From positions 1 through 64,000 of the IMG/VR virus record IMGVR_UViG_3300011989_000010: a stretch of 64,000 bases of DNA; one strand, 5' to 3'. Both the position numbers and the translations under genes were made by a program. This document shows positions 38,980 through 47,256 of this stretch, one piece after another. The number at the start of each line of letters is the position of its first letter. Position 1 is the stretch's first letter. Below the pieces are notes generated by a model, which worked only from the letters and a program-made list of their open reading frames with translations, was not told where the DNA came from and did not search any database. This DNA comes from a virus (lineage: Duplodnaviria > Caudoviricetes).

Positions 38980-39711
38980 CTAACCAAGCACGCCACGCAC
39001 GGAGAACCCGTAGTAACGGTAGTTGTAGTAAAGGTCGACAAAGCTTGAACGGAAGCCGAGGTACTGCCCGTAATAGACATTGCCCGTACTCAGCATAGAG
39101 GACCAAACGACACCGCTGCTACCACTATAGGCAAGTGAACCACTCGAAGCGTAACCTGCAGCAGGAATAAAGATAGATTTTGAAGTATCAGTCTTTGAAG
39201 TAAACAATCTACCATTTACTCCATCCAGTTTCGTCCACGTGCTTGTAGTGCCATTAAGAAGCTCCTGAATTTGTGTAGGTGTAGGCATTTTCCAAGTACC
39301 TCCCATATTAACGTATGCAGCATCGTCCTCTAATTCTAATCTTGCACCAGTGGTTTTGTACTTGCTAAAGTTTGAAGAACTTCCATCAATGCTCCATTTG
39401 TAATTATCCCAGTCGAACTGTTTATCCTTTCCTACTTGTTCAGCTGTGTAACCAGTTGTGTCTCCCCATTGGAAGTAAAGACCTGTATCACTTGGCTTAG
39501 ATGCCCCCACATTCATTGTAGCCCAAAGTGTTCCACTTGTAAGCCCTAAATCTACATAATCGTGCCCATTAGCTTTTGGTTTTGGTGGGTAGTTATAGTA
39601 TACGCTCTCCTTGTCGTCACTAAACGACACATTCGGCTTCAAGTATTTACTCTTGTCATCTCTATATGCCAAATAGTTCGTTTCAGTGTCAAATAATTTT
39701 AAATATTCCAT
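38980..39711 (-). CDS. C-type-lectin-fold putative receptor-binding protein, DGR target paralog B
   Basis: Near-identical N-terminal two-thirds to 7252-7986; hypervariable C-terminus. Confidence 0.75.
   Translation of the reverse strand: MEYLKLFDTETNYLAYRDDKSKYLKPNVSFSDDKESVYYNYPPKPKANGHDYVDLGLTSGTLWATMNVGASKPSDTGLYFQWGDTTGYTAEQVGKDKQFDWDNYKWSIDGSSSNFSKYKTTGARLELEDDAAYVNMGGTWKMPTPTQIQELLNGTTSTWTKLDGVNGRLFTSKTDTSKSIFIPAAGYASSGSLAYSGSSGVVWSSMLSTGNVYYGQYLGFRSSFVDLYYNYRYYGFSVRGVLG
38983..39150 (-). repeat. DGR variable repeat (VR-B)
   Basis: Gap-free alignment to VR-A with the same 21-nt 3' end. Confidence 0.7.
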
Positions 39712-39796
39712 ATATTAAATTAATTTTTTAATTATATATAAATATCAAAATTTGATGAAACATTGGATAACTTTTGTTTTTAAAAAACTACGTTCA

Positions 39797-40540
39797 CTAA
39801 TTAATATTATTCCACTTATCAAAGATAGCTTTATCCTTGAGTTCTACTATTTTCTTAATTTGAAGCCAATTATTTTTATTTATATCATCTCTGCTTCCTG
39901 TATGCCTCCTATATTTGAACAGAATCTTGTCTTCCCTAAACACCTTTGGCTTTCTATCAAGTAAACGTATAAAGAACTCCCAATCTTCATATGCTTTAAG
40001 GTGTTCATCAAATCCTCCTACTTCATCAAAATCTTTCTTCCTTATCATTGACGTGCAATATATGCAGTTTGCCATAAGGAAGTCTTTCATATCCTTGAAC
40101 TTTCTTAATCCCCATAGATTTTCTGTTCCATTATCCCAAAACATGATAGCCATTCCATAGAATAAAGCATAATCATTATTGTTATCCAAGAAATTAACAC
40201 CATCAAGCAAATAATCTTCAAGTATAATATCATCGGCATCCAAGAAAAGAAGATATTTACCTGTTGCAACACTTGCCGCATAATTTCTTGCCTTTCCTGG
40301 TCCTCCGTTTTCTTCTGTAAGATATTTGAACTTGTCATTTCCTTTAATCTTTTCAAGTACAATCTTTTCACTATTGTCAGTTGAACCATCATTGACAATT
40401 ATACATTCCCAATTTTTATACTTTTGATTAATAACACTGTCTAATGTTTCACTTATGTATTTTTCCGCATTATATAATGGAATTAAAATGCTAACCTTTG
40501 AATCATTCATATTTTTTATTTTTATATAAAAAATATTCAA
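39797..40540 (-). CDS. Glycosyltransferase family 2
   Basis: VSILIPLYNAE, IIVNDGSTD, GPGKARN, FLDADD, EDWEF. Confidence 0.92.
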   Translation of the reverse strand: MNIFYIKIKNMNDSKVSILIPLYNAEKYISETLDSVINQKYKNWECIIVNDGSTDNSEKIVLEKIKGNDKFKYLTEENGGPGKARNYAASVATGKYLLFLDADDIILEDYLLDGVNFLDNNNDYALFYGMAIMFWDNGTENLWGLRKFKDMKDFLMANCIYCTSMIRKKDFDEVGGFDEHLKAYEDWEFFIRLLDRKPKVFREDKILFKYRRHTGSRDDINKNNWLQIKKIVELKDKAIFDKWNNIN

Positions 40541-40672
40541 AATACTTGTTATTTAAATAAAAAATGCAGCCATTTCTGACTGCATTATAAATAATTAAAT
40601 TAAAAAAAAAGGTAAATAAATAAATCCTTCAATAAATATATCAAGTTGTACTTAATTAAATACAAATATAGG

Positions 40673-41421
40673 TTAGCCAATTACACCACGAATAGAACAG
40701 CCAAGACAGCGGCCTACGTCACTTGCCAAAGATTCCGATCTGTTACAATAAAGAACTAAACCCCTATTATCATTACGGCTACTTAGCATAGATGAAAAAA
40801 TTATTCCTAATTTTGAAATTTTTATAACCGAACCTTCAGAAGCCTGACCTGCCATAGGAATGAATATAAACTTTGACGTATCCTTTTTGGAAGTGAATGC
40901 TATACCGCTTACTCCATCAGATGTTGTCAAAGCAGTTGTGGTATTGTCAATAAGTTCTTGACATTGGCCAGAAGTTGGCATATGCCAATCTCCACCCATA
41001 TTTACGTGAGCCGCATCATCTTCCAATTCCAACGTTGTTAGACCATTAAATTTATACTTTCTAAAGTAATTATCTAGAGTAGGCTGACCCCACTTATAAT
41101 CTCTATAATTATCAGCAAACTTCTTTTGTCCTTCACCTGTTCCAACTTGTTCGGCTGTGTATCCAGAAGTATCTCCCCATTGGAAGTATAATCCATAATC
41201 TTCTGGCTTTGAAGCACCCACGTTCATTGTTGCCCAAAGCGTTCCACTTGGAAGTCCTAAATCTACATAATCGTATCCATTATTATTTATTGGGGGGGGG
41301 TAAAGTTGTAGTACACGTTTCCGTTGTCATCAGAAAGTGATACATTTGGCTTCAGATAGTTACTACTATCTCTGTAAGCCACATAATCATTTTCAGTACT
41401 AAATTCTTTTAAGTAAATCAT
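40673..41421 (-). pseudogene. Third lectin-fold paralog C, split by a poly-C9 frameshift (possibly phase-variable)
   Basis: MIYLKEFSTENDYVAYRD..YYNFTPPQ* then, in another frame, NNNGYDYVDLGLPSGTLWATMNVG..; C10 or C7 at 41292-41300 would join them; 3' end diverged and AT-rich. Confidence 0.8.
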
Positions 41422-41539
41422 ATCATTAAATTTTATATATAAATATTTTAAAGGTATAATAATTTGTTTATGTGGAAATAAAAAAGGTATGATTAATGAA
41501 CCACACCTTTTATGTTTTAATGAACTATCTAATTTGTTA

Positions 41540-42349
41540 TTAATCAAGTCTATCAAGAATTTTAGTGATTATAGGGTTTCTAACAATATCTTCCCTATTG
41601 AATTCAGTTACTCCGACCTCTTCCATATCAGAAAGTCTTTCAGCAACGAAAGCCAAACCACATTCTTCTCTACCTTTTACGATTTCCCTTCTGTTTACTT
41701 GTTCGCAATCTCCTGTAATAATTATTTTTGAATTTTCACCAATACGTGTAAGGAGCAATTTCATATTATCCTTAGTATATTGTTCAGCCTCATTTACAAG
41801 AATTAAGGCATTATCGAAAGTCTTACCTAAAATGAAGTTAATAAATTCATATCTGACATAGCCACCATTAATCAAAGCGGAAGCGGTTATTTTAGCTTCT
41901 CCATTTCCGCTAATCTTAAGAATCTTTTCTATAGTGTCTTTGTCTGCTTCCTTGTAAGGTCTTGTTTTGTCTTCCAACTCGCCCTTCAAGAAACCAAGTC
42001 CTAAGTCCGCACCTCCTGCTGGGGCTGTAGGAACAATCATAATGATTTTCTCGAAATTTTGCTCTTTTAATTCCTTTAATGCATATGACAATGAAATAAA
42101 AGATTTACCAGTGCCTGCACTTCCAATGCCAAAGCAAACTTCCTTTGTCTTGTCCTTCAAAATATTCAAGAACTCCTTTTGCTTTTGATTTTTGCACTTA
42201 ATTTCGAGTTTGTAATTTAATGTTTTGAGTTGATTCTTATACGCATCAAGATATTCTAATCCTGATGATAAAGCATCTGCTCTCATCTTTGAATCAATGA
42301 ACTCCATATCGAAACCATCAATTCCTTTAAGGTGCTTTTTTCTACCCAT
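41540..42349 (-). CDS. phoH: PhoH-family ATPase
   Basis: KNQKQKEF, GSAGTGKS, GFLKGELEDK, GKTFDNALILVNEAEQ, TRIGENSKIIITGD, DIVRNPII. Confidence 0.9.
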   Translation of the reverse strand: MGRKKHLKGIDGFDMEFIDSKMRADALSSGLEYLDAYKNQLKTLNYKLEIKCKNQKQKEFLNILKDKTKEVCFGIGSAGTGKSFISLSYALKELKEQNFEKIIMIVPTAPAGGADLGLGFLKGELEDKTRPYKEADKDTIEKILKISGNGEAKITASALINGGYVRYEFINFILGKTFDNALILVNEAEQYTKDNMKLLLTRIGENSKIIITGDCEQVNRREIVKGREECGLAFVAERLSDMEEVGVTEFNREDIVRNPIITKILDRLD

Positions 42350-42530
42350 AAATTTTTTTGTTTATAAAATCTTATTATAAAATGAAAAGGGCGGAAAATA
42401 GTTAAATATCTCACGCCCATACATTATATATAATTTAGATAGTCCATAAGTAAAAATCCTTTCAACTTTTCTATAAATATTCTGCCAAATATAAAAAGCA
42501 ATGAAAAAAATAAATAAACCATTAACATAT

Positions 42531-42684
42531 TTTAATAAAAAAGATTTTGCGGTCTAATAATAAAATAGTATCATTGGGGGTGTTGAGACGAACGAAAGTT
42601 TGCTCAATGGAAAAAAAAAAATAAATCGTTAATATCTTTTAACAAAAAAGATTCTGAGGTTTAATAATAAAGTAGTATCTTTCG
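42531..42684 (+). promoter_or_regulatory. Two 47-bp direct repeats, probable tandem host-type promoters
   Basis: tttaataaaaaagattttgcggtctaataataaaatagtatcattgg (42531-42577) and tttaacaaaaaagattctgaggtttaataataaagtagtatctttcg (42638-42684), each ending in a TAnnTTTG-like element. Confidence 0.6.
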
Positions 42685-42718
42685 AACGTTAAACAAAAAA
42701 TAAGTAATTCTAAATAAT

Positions 42719-43762
42719 ATGAGCAACTTAAATTTCGGTGCATTTCAGATGCCAACAATGAACGTAGCAACAGTAAATAACAATGCAGCAGTCTCTGAGG
42801 CACCAGCTGGGGTTGACTTAGATCACTTCGAGGATTGGAATCTTCACAAGGTTCAAGACATCACCCTTGATCAGTTGAAGCAGACTTCTCGTGAGTTGGG
42901 TGGCAATGGAGCGCCTAACAATGGTATTCTTCACTACGTCTTCATCAATCGTGTGCTTGATATGTGCAAGGAACACAATTTCAATGCTGAGATTCGTGAC
43001 CTCTTCGCTTGTAAGCAAGGTTCTTCTCAGTGGCCAGGTGTTTCTGTAGTTGACAACATTGCAAAGAGAATCAATGAGCCTGAGTTGATGCAGCAACGTA
43101 ACATTCACGCAACTATCGTTCGCCGTGTGTTCTGCAACATCACCATCAGAGATTTCGATGACAATTCTGAGTATACAAATGCCCTCACATTGTCTTACTC
43201 TCAGCGAGGCATTCAGGCAGCTGTAGGTCAGCACGTATGGGCTTGCCACAACATGACCATCCTTGGTGCAGACCAAACCATCTCTACCTTCAATGATGGT
43301 ACTTTCGAGAGCAGTAATAAGTATACACGTGTAAAGTATACATTTGAGGATGTACTCGCACGTATTGAGGATTGGCTCAGCCATATGGACTCAATAGCAC
43401 ATAGCGGTAGCGAGAAGATTCGCAAGATGAAGGAGACTGTTATCCCTGCCAATGTGATGTATGGTTTGTTTGGCTTCCTCTCAGCATATCGTGTTCAGTG
43501 CGATAGCAAGAATGATAGCATTCGCATCAAGGAGACCTATCCACTCAATAACTCTCAGTTGAATCAGTTCATTGAGTCTTGCCTCATTAAGGCAAAGCAG
43601 AATGAGTATGCAAGTCCTGACCATACTGGCTTCATTACTGCTTGGGACTTCTACAACGCAGCTACTGATACACACAAAGCACATCAGATGGATAGCGTTC
43701 AGGTTGTTCCTCAGAACGTAGCATTGATGAACTTCATGGATAAGTTCGTTCTTGGATTGTAA
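42719..43762 (+). CDS. Bacteroidota DUF932-like protein
   Basis: GILHY..I..V.D.C, VRRVFCNITI, GIQAAVG..V.ACHN..IL, YPLN.SQ, TAWD.YN.AT, VPQN.AL match a Bacteroides family recalled from memory; strongly GC-shifted codons. Confidence 0.55.
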   Translation: MSNLNFGAFQMPTMNVATVNNNAAVSEAPAGVDLDHFEDWNLHKVQDITLDQLKQTSRELGGNGAPNNGILHYVFINRVLDMCKEHNFNAEIRDLFACKQGSSQWPGVSVVDNIAKRINEPELMQQRNIHATIVRRVFCNITIRDFDDNSEYTNALTLSYSQRGIQAAVGQHVWACHNMTILGADQTISTFNDGTFESSNKYTRVKYTFEDVLARIEDWLSHMDSIAHSGSEKIRKMKETVIPANVMYGLFGFLSAYRVQCDSKNDSIRIKETYPLNNSQLNQFIESCLIKAKQNEYASPDHTGFITAWDFYNAATDTHKAHQMDSVQVVPQNVALMNFMDKFVLGL

Positions 43763-43769
43763 ATCAATA

Positions 43770-43805
43770 AAAAAAAGGGGACTCAAATCGAGTTCCCTTT
43801 TTTAG
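43770..43805. terminator. Bidirectional terminator
   Basis: aaaaaaagggactc...gagttcccttttt between convergent genes. Confidence 0.75.
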
Positions 43806-44141
43806 TTAAATTCCTCTTTTTCCACGACCGTACGAATGCTCGTCATGGTAGAGACTATCGCCCATTGTTCTCCAAGTTCCTTTATATCCTCTCGCTCTTT
43901 CGCCTTTATCGAAAGGCATTGAGTAACCATCATCATAATCATCCTCACATGGTTCTAATTGTGCTTCCATACCATATCTGCCTCCATCATCCCAGACATT
44001 TTGGTTAGCGTCATCAGAAAGATATGGCTCATCTTCGTACTCGTCATAGTCGTCATAAGAACTTTCTCTTAAAACTCTCTTTACTGAATTTTCGATAATG
44101 CGATGCAAATCGCCTTCAGTTAATCTAACAAGTCTTTTCAT
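43806..44141 (-). CDS. Acidic protein with MKRLVRLTEGDLHRII leader
   Basis: Leader paralogous to 26972; TATTTAT sense at 44161-44167. Confidence 0.7.
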   Translation of the reverse strand: MKRLVRLTEGDLHRIIENSVKRVLRESSYDDYDEYEDEPYLSDDANQNVWDDGGRYGMEAQLEPCEDDYDDGYSMPFDKGERARGYKGTWRTMGDSLYHDEHSYGRGKRGI

Positions 44142-44167
44142 TTTAATATTTTTTTATATTATAAATA

Positions 44168-45691
44168 TTATGCGTATTTGTTATCCAAATCATCTACGAT
44201 TCTAAAATGAATCATATCGTGATGAATAATAGATTGCATACCATAATTTATTTTTATGTCAATGTAATAATTCTGAGGTATAAGCATATTGGTATCAATA
44301 ATCATATAACTCTCACTTATGGTCTTATTTAAATTCTCCCAATTGATTACATCAATTTCTCTCTCACCATCTTTCACATAAAGTCTTGCTTCAATTCCAT
44401 TGATGTTTTGCATTTGTGTGGTATTATATTTAACTCTTGTAGCAACACCGAGTTTTCTTATGTCACCTCGTTTAATTACCTCGTTTGATGCTATTCCAAA
44501 CACACTTGGTGTGAATGTAGGTTCGTCTTCAATTGAGTTGCCAATGTTAAACCAATTGGTTGGTTCTTTAAGCGTAAAATCGAGTTCTACGGGGCTTAAT
44601 TCAGTTCCGTGGTAAACTATACCACCCCAAGTATCATAGAGCATTGTATTAGCCTTAAAATCGTTGTGAGACAACTTTATATCAATATAATAAACACCTG
44701 TTGAATGGTGCTTAACCTCATACTCTTGTGAATACTCAATATACTCATCATTTGCATCATAAACCTCGCCAGAAACAACACAAGTAGGCAACTTATCAAG
44801 GTTAGTTAATTTACCTCCAATAGTGCAATAAAGATATAATTTATTATCTTTGTCTATTATAAAGTTTGCTCTATCATCTGAGATATAATCAGAATAATTT
44901 GTCTCAACGTATGGTTCAAAGAACGTGTTAGTCTTATCAGTTAAAAAGCCAACGTAATTTTCAGTTGATGCTTCTGAGTTATATTGTTGTGTGTAGGCAT
45001 TTTTATCTGCTACATTTTCAAAGTCAGGTGTGAATGCAATACCAATCCCATAATTTTCTAAATCACCAGTGATAAACTTATTAAAGACATCAGTAATATC
45101 CAATGATATGTTTTCATTTCCAATATCAAAATGTTGTCTTCCAATAACAATATCACTACCTTCTTCAGAAGAAAATTTGTCATATTCCAAAGATAACGTG
45201 TCAGTAGAATAAACGCCTTCCTCTTTCCAATTATAGCCATTTTTTGCTTGATACCAATTACTGCCATCAGTTGACACTAATCTCGAAGCATTATGCGTGT
45301 TCTTAGTATCATAGAAATTCTCATTGAAGGCAGTCTTTGAATAATCGAATCCCTTTCCCCTGTCCCATTCTTGCGGTATTAAAAAGAATAATACATCAAA
45401 TGAAGTGGCACGTTTCTTTATGCCACTGCCAATTGAACTATACTCTTTGGTGTGCAACTGAGTAAAGTCTAATGACCCTGCATTAGTAATATGTAGCGTA
45501 TGCTTCAGTTTATCAATGTTAGGGAAAATGCCATTGTCAACCATATTCTTAATTTTATTATGGTCAAAATAGCATAGAATCCTTGATGTATGACCACCAT
45601 AAACCAATTCAGCAACAGGGTTAATACCTGTATTGATATTACTACCTTTTACAATTGTACTGAATTTACTTAAATATGTTCTTTCTATCAT
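44168..45691 (-). CDS. Hypothetical virion structural protein
   Basis: 507-aa beta-rich ORF in a late operon; TATTTAT sense at 45713-45719. Confidence 0.55.
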   Translation of the reverse strand: MIERTYLSKFSTIVKGSNINTGINPVAELVYGGHTSRILCYFDHNKIKNMVDNGIFPNIDKLKHTLHITNAGSLDFTQLHTKEYSSIGSGIKKRATSFDVLFFLIPQEWDRGKGFDYSKTAFNENFYDTKNTHNASRLVSTDGSNWYQAKNGYNWKEEGVYSTDTLSLEYDKFSSEEGSDIVIGRQHFDIGNENISLDITDVFNKFITGDLENYGIGIAFTPDFENVADKNAYTQQYNSEASTENYVGFLTDKTNTFFEPYVETNYSDYISDDRANFIIDKDNKLYLYCTIGGKLTNLDKLPTCVVSGEVYDANDEYIEYSQEYEVKHHSTGVYYIDIKLSHNDFKANTMLYDTWGGIVYHGTELSPVELDFTLKEPTNWFNIGNSIEDEPTFTPSVFGIASNEVIKRGDIRKLGVATRVKYNTTQMQNINGIEARLYVKDGEREIDVINWENLNKTISESYMIIDTNMLIPQNYYIDIKINYGMQSIIHHDMIHFRIVDDLDNKYA

Positions 45692-45721
45692 TTTCTTAAA
45701 ACTTATTATATAATAAATATT

Positions 45722-46672
45722 TTACGAAATGCGAACATACTCAGATAAGATAGTATTCAAGTCAAAATTAGATAGTGATAAAACGTAATTCGCAAGTGTA
45801 GGAGGTAATTGGTTATACTTATGCGTATGTGTTAATAAAGCATCTCTCATCAACTTAAGAAATTTCACTAGTACATCACCTTTAGGCAATTGATGCAATT
45901 CTGACATAATCTGCTCCATATCTTCATCACGAAGCATATCATTTCTATCGGTTTTAGATGGATTAATTTTATTATCTCCTACACCAATTAAATTGATTTT
46001 ATCAGCAACTATATTAATAGCACTATTGGTTTTTGATGGTTCGCTTATTTTTTTACCAGCTTCTGCATTGTAATTTTCGACATTACCAGCCAAATTAGAT
46101 TTATACTTCAATTGTATATATGCAGGGTCGATGTCGTTAAAGATAACCTTGCCTATATTGGTAATGACACCTTCTTGTTTAGCGGCTGCATTTGTTAATG
46201 AGTCCTCTTTACGAACACCACATCTAATGAGCACTTGATCAGATCCTTCCCCAACCGCTTTGTCCATAATGATGTCCTGACTCTCTCTACCAACGACTGA
46301 AACCGAGCCTAAACGTGCAAAAGAACCTTGCGTTCTTGCATCATTCTTGATATTAGGCAATGGTCCAATAGGTCCACCATTTAAAACTGACATAGCCTGT
46401 CCTCTGCCATATGAGAACTCGCATTTCTCATTGTATTGTGGCTGAGAAATTATTGGTCCAATATAGTATCTATTACTGCCCTTGCCATTTTCTTCCAGCA
46501 AGAAAACGCCTTCACCTACTTTAGGTACGACTTGGAATTGTTTAGGTAGTAAAGGGAATGCCCAAGGAACTTCTCCACCACCATCCTCATGTGCACGTGC
46601 TTTAATTCGTAGAGCACCTGCAGGGTCAATGTTGGTTTGCTCAACATGACCTAATTTAACTATCATTGCCAT
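45722..46672 (-). CDS. Baseplate hub/spike-like protein (gp5/VgrG OB-fold N-terminus)
   Basis: G.V....DP..A.RIKAR..PWAFPLLP....VPKVGEGVF..RYYIGP. Confidence 0.55.
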   Translation of the reverse strand: MAMIVKLGHVEQTNIDPAGALRIKARAHEDGGGEVPWAFPLLPKQFQVVPKVGEGVFLLEENGKGSNRYYIGPIISQPQYNEKCEFSYGRGQAMSVLNGGPIGPLPNIKNDARTQGSFARLGSVSVVGRESQDIIMDKAVGEGSDQVLIRCGVRKEDSLTNAAAKQEGVITNIGKVIFNDIDPAYIQLKYKSNLAGNVENYNAEAGKKISEPSKTNSAINIVADKINLIGVGDNKINPSKTDRNDMLRDEDMEQIMSELHQLPKGDVLVKFLKLMRDALLTHTHKYNQLPPTLANYVLSLSNFDLNTILSEYVRIS

Positions 46673-46845
46673 ATACCCTTATTTCTATTTTCTACTTCCT
46701 TTTTGGCTTCGGCAAATTCAAGGTCAAGTTTCTGCATCTCCTGAATTAAGCCCAAAACCTTATGTTTTGTTGCCTCATACTCATTTTCTAAAGTCTTCAA
46801 CTTAAGGTTGAGTTCAGCGTTTGTATAGTTCTGATACTTTTTCAT
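46663..46845 (-). CDS. Small coiled-coil hypothetical protein
   Basis: 60-aa ORF coupled to its neighbours. Confidence 0.55.
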   Translation of the reverse strand: MKKYQNYTNAELNLKLKTLENEYEATKHKVLGLIQEMQKLDLEFAEAKKEVENRNKGIWQ

Positions 46846-46848
46846 TTT

Positions 46849-47241
46849 TCATTGTATTATTGCAGTTCCAGTTGCAAAGTTGGTGTTAATTCCTTGTGAA
46901 ATCATTGGTCCACCACTATTTGCTCCTGAAGTGATTACATTAATAGCACCTGGTTGTATCGCTATTTGAGTATTAGCATCTTGGTGTAATGCACGATAAA
47001 TTTCCTCAACAATGGCAATTATTACGACAAGTGATTTATTTTCGTCACCATCTTCAGCAGCTCCAGTAGGTATACCATGTTTATTCATTGCTTTAACAAT
47101 GTTGCCAACTGAAACAACTGTAGAAAGCCCAGGTCTTTGTGGACCACCTAATGCCATAAGCATAGGTGGGATTTGTGGGGCAGGACCTCTAACTTTACTA
47201 AAAATAGCTTTGATAGTGGATATTATTGATGTTATATTCAT
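46849..47241 (-). CDS. Hypothetical protein
   Basis: 130-aa ORF in the operon. Confidence 0.6.
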   Translation of the reverse strand: MNITSIISTIKAIFSKVRGPAPQIPPMLMALGGPQRPGLSTVVSVGNIVKAMNKHGIPTGAAEDGDENKSLVVIIAIVEEIYRALHQDANTQIAIQPGAINVITSGANSGGPMISQGINTNFATGTAIIQ

Positions 47242-47256
47242 AATGAAATTTCTTTT

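Noticed and set aside
42818-43786. Antisense ORFs (188, 74, 101 aa), and similar shadow ORFs at 16064, 29960, 32162 and 5964
   Set aside because: Shadows of strongly codon-biased sense genes, with no motifs or promoters
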